32,843 nt of DNA from an uncultured delta proteobacterium. Its GTDB lineage: Bacteria; Desulfobacterota; Binatia; UBA9968. Below the pieces are notes generated by a model, which worked only from the letters and a program-made list of their open reading frames with translations, searched no databases and was not told the DNA's origin. A program made the translations under genes and the position numbers. The stretch is taken from NCBI GenBank assembly GCA_963847445.1, contig CAWJZV010000021.1:1-32843 (forward strand), read 5' to 3'. The first letter of the stretch is position 1. Each line of letters opens with the position of its first letter. Of the stretch, positions 29,140-32,843 are shown piece by piece.

Positions 29140-30366
29140 ATGACGCTTCCGCTGGAACGTTTTCGCATGCTCGATCTGACCAGACTGGTGCCAGGCCCGA
29201 TGGCGACATGGATGCTTGCCGATCTTGGCATGGATGTTCTGAAAATCGAGGACGTCGCCGACCGGAGTGCCTACCGCGATCAACAGGCAGCCCGTGCGTC
29301 GAGGAGCAATCTCTCCGTTGATCTGGATGCGCTGGAAGTTGAGGCTCGGTCCAATGCCTGGGACCACACCCACCGAAACAAGCGCAGCATCGCTATCAAT
29401 CTGCAGAAGCCGGAAGGCCAAGCGATCTTCCATCGGCTGGTCGCGGATGCAGATGTCTTCTTTGGTTCTTTTCGTCTCGGTGTTTACAAGCGCTTGGGAG
29501 CCGACTACGAGACGCTTAGCAAGATCAACCCGCGCTTGATCTACGCCACGCTCAGCGGTTACGGCTTCGGTAACAGCTTTACCGAATGGCCCGGCAACGA
29601 GCGCAACGCCCAGGGGATGTCCGGGGTGAGCGCGTTAACGACAGGGCAGGACGGCGAGCCCGCGGACATGCTTTTCCAGCCTGTGGACAGCTATTCTGCT
29701 GCATTGGCGGTGATATCGATCCAAGCCGCTCTCTGGGCGCGGGAGCAAACCGGACGCGGTCAACAGGTCGACATCGCCTTGGTGGAATGTGGCACTGCAT
29801 TCGTCAATGCCAACGTACCCGACTACTTCCGCAAAAAGAGCGTGCGCAAGCGCGGTTTCCCAAGCATCGGCAATCTTCGATGCAAAGACGGCAAATACTT
29901 GAGCAGCGCGGCATCGGCGCAGGCGCATTTTTGGGCGCCCTTCTGCGACGCGGTTGGGCTGCCGGAAATGCGCGATAAGATGCCGTTCGGCGACGAGGAG
30001 CGCATTCGCAAAGTCAAGGCGCATATGCTGACCAAGACACGCGACGAATGGCTGGACCTTATCCCCAAGGAGATCGCGGTGCTGCCGATGCTGGAATTCG
30101 ACGAAGTGCTTGAAGGACCGTTTGCCAAGGAGCGCGGCATGGTGCTGGAGCTGGATCATCCGCTGGAGGGAAAAGTGCGACAACTTTCCTCGCCGTTCCG
30201 CTTGTCCGACACGCCGCCGACCTTTCGCCGCTTTGCGCCGGTGTTAGGCGAGCATACCGTCGAAGTCCTCCATGGCATCGGCTGTAGCGATAGCGAGATT
30301 GGCGAACTTGAGCAGGCCGGGGTTGTCCGCGCGAGCCACCGGGACGTTACCATGTCGAAACGCTAA
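29140..30366 (+). CDS. CoA-transferase family III (CaiB/BaiF)
   Basis: LDLTRLVPGP, LADLG, RNKRSIAINL, NPRLIYATLSGYG, GRGQQVDIAL and APVLGEHT motifs. Confidence 0.92.
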   Translation: MTLPLERFRMLDLTRLVPGPMATWMLADLGMDVLKIEDVADRSAYRDQQAARASRSNLSVDLDALEVEARSNAWDHTHRNKRSIAINLQKPEGQAIFHRLVADADVFFGSFRLGVYKRLGADYETLSKINPRLIYATLSGYGFGNSFTEWPGNERNAQGMSGVSALTTGQDGEPADMLFQPVDSYSAALAVISIQAALWAREQTGRGQQVDIALVECGTAFVNANVPDYFRKKSVRKRGFPSIGNLRCKDGKYLSSAASAQAHFWAPFCDAVGLPEMRDKMPFGDEERIRKVKAHMLTKTRDEWLDLIPKEIAVLPMLEFDEVLEGPFAKERGMVLELDHPLEGKVRQLSSPFRLSDTPPTFRRFAPVLGEHTVEVLHGIGCSDSEIGELEQAGVVRASHRDVTMSKR

Positions 30367-30610
30367 CAACCTGTTGCCCTAGCGAGTTTTTTCCCACGAC
30401 GTCGGCAGAGGGGGCTATTCTAGATACGTTGCTGCGAGCATTCGTTGTCTTTTCGCTTGGCTATCCTGCGCGCTGTGCGGCGATGATTTTCGATAACTCG
30501 CGTTAGGACAGAGCCAAACTGATAAGGGATGAAGCGCCGTGTCGGGCATCGCTCTTTAGAAAGGAGCTTCTCGCCTTGCATCCCAATCCGTCAACGTTCA
30601 CTCTTCGTCT

Positions 30611-31483
30611 GTGATCCCGATCCTGATCGTCTCCGGTTATCTCGGCGCCGGAAAAACTTCGCTGGTGTGCTGGCTCCTTGCCGAGGCCAAGCGCATCGGC
30701 AAGCGCGTTGCGGTCATCTCCAACGAGTATGGCGCGCTCGGCATTGATCAGGCGCTGCTCGGTGCCGGCGGGCCGGCGGTGGTCCAGCTCGATGGCGGGT
30801 GCGTTTGTTGCCAGCTCTCGGACGAGTTGGTCGTCACGTTGGAGATGCTGCGGCAGAAAGTGAATCCCGACCAGATTATTATCGAGACCTCGGGGGTGGC
30901 CCTCCCCGGTGACACCCAGGTGAATCTGTGGCGTGGGCCGGTGCGGTCGTGGATCGCCGACGACCTTGCGGTGGTGGTCGTCAATGCCGAGCAAGTGCTG
31001 GAGCAGCGCGATCTCGCGGGAACCTTCGAGTTCCAACTCACCTCTGCGGATCTGCTCGTGCTCAACAAAGTCGATCTAGTGCCCGACAGTGCGCTGCCGG
31101 CAATCGAAGCTTGTTTGCGTGCGATCGAGCCGGAAGCGCCGATGGTGCGCAGCAGTCATGGCCAAGTGGATGCCTCAGTATTTTTCCCGCCTGACCCTAA
31201 GGCCCTGCGCGGCCAGCGCCGCCGCGGTGGCGGCGCTGCGGGGCCGCACAGGCACGAGCGGTTTACCAGCGAGGTGGTCACGGTCGAGGCCGGCGTCGAT
31301 GAAACGTCGCTGGTCGCGCGCTTTCGGGCCATCGGCGCGCTGCGCGCCAAAGGATTTGTCCACACCGCTGCAGGGGTGCGATTGCTGCAAGCGGTCGGCA
31401 GCCGCGTGCAGCTTCATGTTGTTGCCGCGCCGCCGGACGCTGAGCTGCTCGGCTTGGTGATCGTCATCCGGAGGGCGGAATAA
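30611..31483 (+). CDS. CobW/COG0523 family metallochaperone GTPase
   Basis: SGYLGAGKT Walker A, NEYG, GGCVCC, IETSG, NKVD and LRAKG motifs; start uncertain. Confidence 0.88.
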   Translation: MIPILIVSGYLGAGKTSLVCWLLAEAKRIGKRVAVISNEYGALGIDQALLGAGGPAVVQLDGGCVCCQLSDELVVTLEMLRQKVNPDQIIIETSGVALPGDTQVNLWRGPVRSWIADDLAVVVVNAEQVLEQRDLAGTFEFQLTSADLLVLNKVDLVPDSALPAIEACLRAIEPEAPMVRSSHGQVDASVFFPPDPKALRGQRRRGGGAAGPHRHERFTSEVVTVEAGVDETSLVARFRAIGALRAKGFVHTAAGVRLLQAVGSRVQLHVVAAPPDAELLGLVIVIRRAE

Positions 31484-31647
31484 AGCAATGCATCATTGGG
31501 GGAGGCCAAGCAGCGCGGCTGTTGACTGCGCCGAGCTATCGGTCAGTCGCCGGCGTCGGCTCTACTTGGGTAATTCTTCGGGGGCGCGAAACGTTGTGAC
31601 AGACGTCGGGAAAAGGCTCGGAGTTTTCTTCAAGAACCGCGGAGTGT

Positions 31648-32622
31648 TCAATGGTAAAGACCGCTGGTTTGGCGCTGCACCTTTTCTAATTGCAGTGCCA
31701 AGCCTTCGATTTGCTCCTGCCAATAGCGCTCGGTGCCGAAGTCAGGAAAGCCGGCTTTGAAAGCGCTGTCTTCCCAGCGGCGCGCGATCCAGGCGGAAAA
31801 GTGAATCATGCGCAGCGCCCGCAACGGCTCGATGAGCTGCATGGTCGTCATGTCGAAACTTCTCATCTCCTCGTAAGCCTCGAGCAAGATATGCCTGCGC
31901 TCTTTCCCATAGTCGTCGTCTCCGCCGGTGAGCATCCAGATGTCTTGAACGGGCGGCGCGTAGAGCATGTCGTCGAAGTCGATAAAGTAGGGATCGTCTC
32001 GATTCCACAAAATATTTCCCGAGTGGCAATCGCCGTGGAGCAAAACATACTCGACGTCCTCGAAACCAGGCGTAATCGCATCGCAAATTTGCGTTACGAT
32101 TATTTCAAAGCGACTTGCGAGTTGCAGGGGAATGAAGTTTCCGTCGCGTAAGAATTTCAGCGGGTCGCGCCCATAGGTTTGCGGATCGAGGCGCAGTCGG
32201 GGCGCGCCTTTTGCCGCCGCCCCGACGTTATGAAGGCGAGCCATGAACCTTCCCAGGCGGGTGAGCTGTTCCGTATTCAGTTCCGGCTCCAGTCGTCCCG
32301 GACGCTTCGGGAAGATCGTGAACAGCACTTCGTTGATTGCGAAAACACTTTGTCCCTTGTCGTCCGTGAGTGGGCAGACGACGGGAATTTCGCTTTTTTC
32401 GAGGGCCTTCAGGAAGTCGTGCTCGGCCTGAATCGTGGCGCGGCTCCAGCGCCCGGGGCGGTAAAATTTGATGACGACGTGGGGGCCTTCTTCCATCTCG
32501 ATATCGTAAACGCGATTTTCCATCGCATTGAGCGCGTAGAAACGGCCCGTGCAACGCCCGCCCAATTTCTCGGCGGCGTCGAAAATTACCTCTGGAAGAA
32601 TCTGCAGGAAGTTGTCTAGCAT
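31648..32622 (-). CDS. srkA: Stress response Ser/Thr kinase SrkA (YihE/RdoA)
   Basis: LNAMENRVY, KFYRPGRWS, LHGDCHSGNILW, IDFDD, VQDIWML and WIARRWED motifs. Confidence 0.9.
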   Translation of the reverse strand: MLDNFLQILPEVIFDAAEKLGGRCTGRFYALNAMENRVYDIEMEEGPHVVIKFYRPGRWSRATIQAEHDFLKALEKSEIPVVCPLTDDKGQSVFAINEVLFTIFPKRPGRLEPELNTEQLTRLGRFMARLHNVGAAAKGAPRLRLDPQTYGRDPLKFLRDGNFIPLQLASRFEIIVTQICDAITPGFEDVEYVLLHGDCHSGNILWNRDDPYFIDFDDMLYAPPVQDIWMLTGGDDDYGKERRHILLEAYEEMRSFDMTTMQLIEPLRALRMIHFSAWIARRWEDSAFKAGFPDFGTERYWQEQIEGLALQLEKVQRQTSGLYH

Positions 32623-32843
32623 AGCCGTTATCCTAGACGAGCGTACACGCCTTGTACACTACCGCGGGTGGCTCTTAAGGTTTTTGTCCCTATCAAACCT
32701 TATCCCGACAATCTTTATTAGAAGACCGTTGCTGAATGTCAGGCGGTAGGAGCGATGAATACAAGCCAGCACTGTGATCACCGAGTGACAACCTCTGTCG
32801 CGAAAGACTGTGTCACAATGCAGGAATCTCTCCTTCTTGTCAT

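Noticed and set aside
30361-30508. Possible integron attC (CTAAC at the CoA-transferase stop ... GTTAG)
   Set aside because: Only the 5-bp cores pair; there are no complementary L boxes, the RYYYAAC/GTTRRRY consensus is not met, and no integrase is present.
31648-32622. srkA as part of the TIR system
   Set aside because: It is a widespread housekeeping kinase on the opposite strand, outside the direct repeats and separated by two unrelated genes.
32785-32817. GTGACA-N5-TGTCGC palindrome and nearby TGTCAC motifs as an operator
   Set aside because: The motif is short and imperfect and lies at the window edge, so no target gene or regulator can be assigned.

Overview
GC-rich (roughly 60%) bacterial window. 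Positions 1-24.5 kb hold a dense catabolic paralogue cluster: three bicupins, four amidohydrolase_2 proteins, a heme-oxygenase-like diiron protein, orphan solute-binding proteins with no permease or ATPase, an MFS transporter, two tandem ThDP enzymes, a dienelactone hydrolase, a 4,5-dihydroxyphthalate-decarboxylase-like protein and an aldehyde:ferredoxin oxidoreductase. Many REP-like and 8/9-mer tandem hairpin repeats lie between these genes. The gene content is reminiscent of Ca. Binatia/Binatota (inference only). From about 24.6 kb the repeats disappear and an accessory block follows. Its highlight is a tandem pair of genes, each fusing an N-terminal TIR domain to the soluble cytoplasmic ring-forming domain of the type III export gate protein (SctV/FlhA, FHIPEP family), with no membrane domain and no T3SS or flagellar genes in the window. 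One TIR keeps the catalytic Glu and the other has Asp there. The pair and a CMD/AhpD gene are bracketed by a 50-bp imperfect direct repeat containing a sigma70-like promoter. A family III CoA-transferase, a CobW GTPase and srkA follow. About nine single-base frameshifts split otherwise intact genes and are most likely sequencing or assembly indels.
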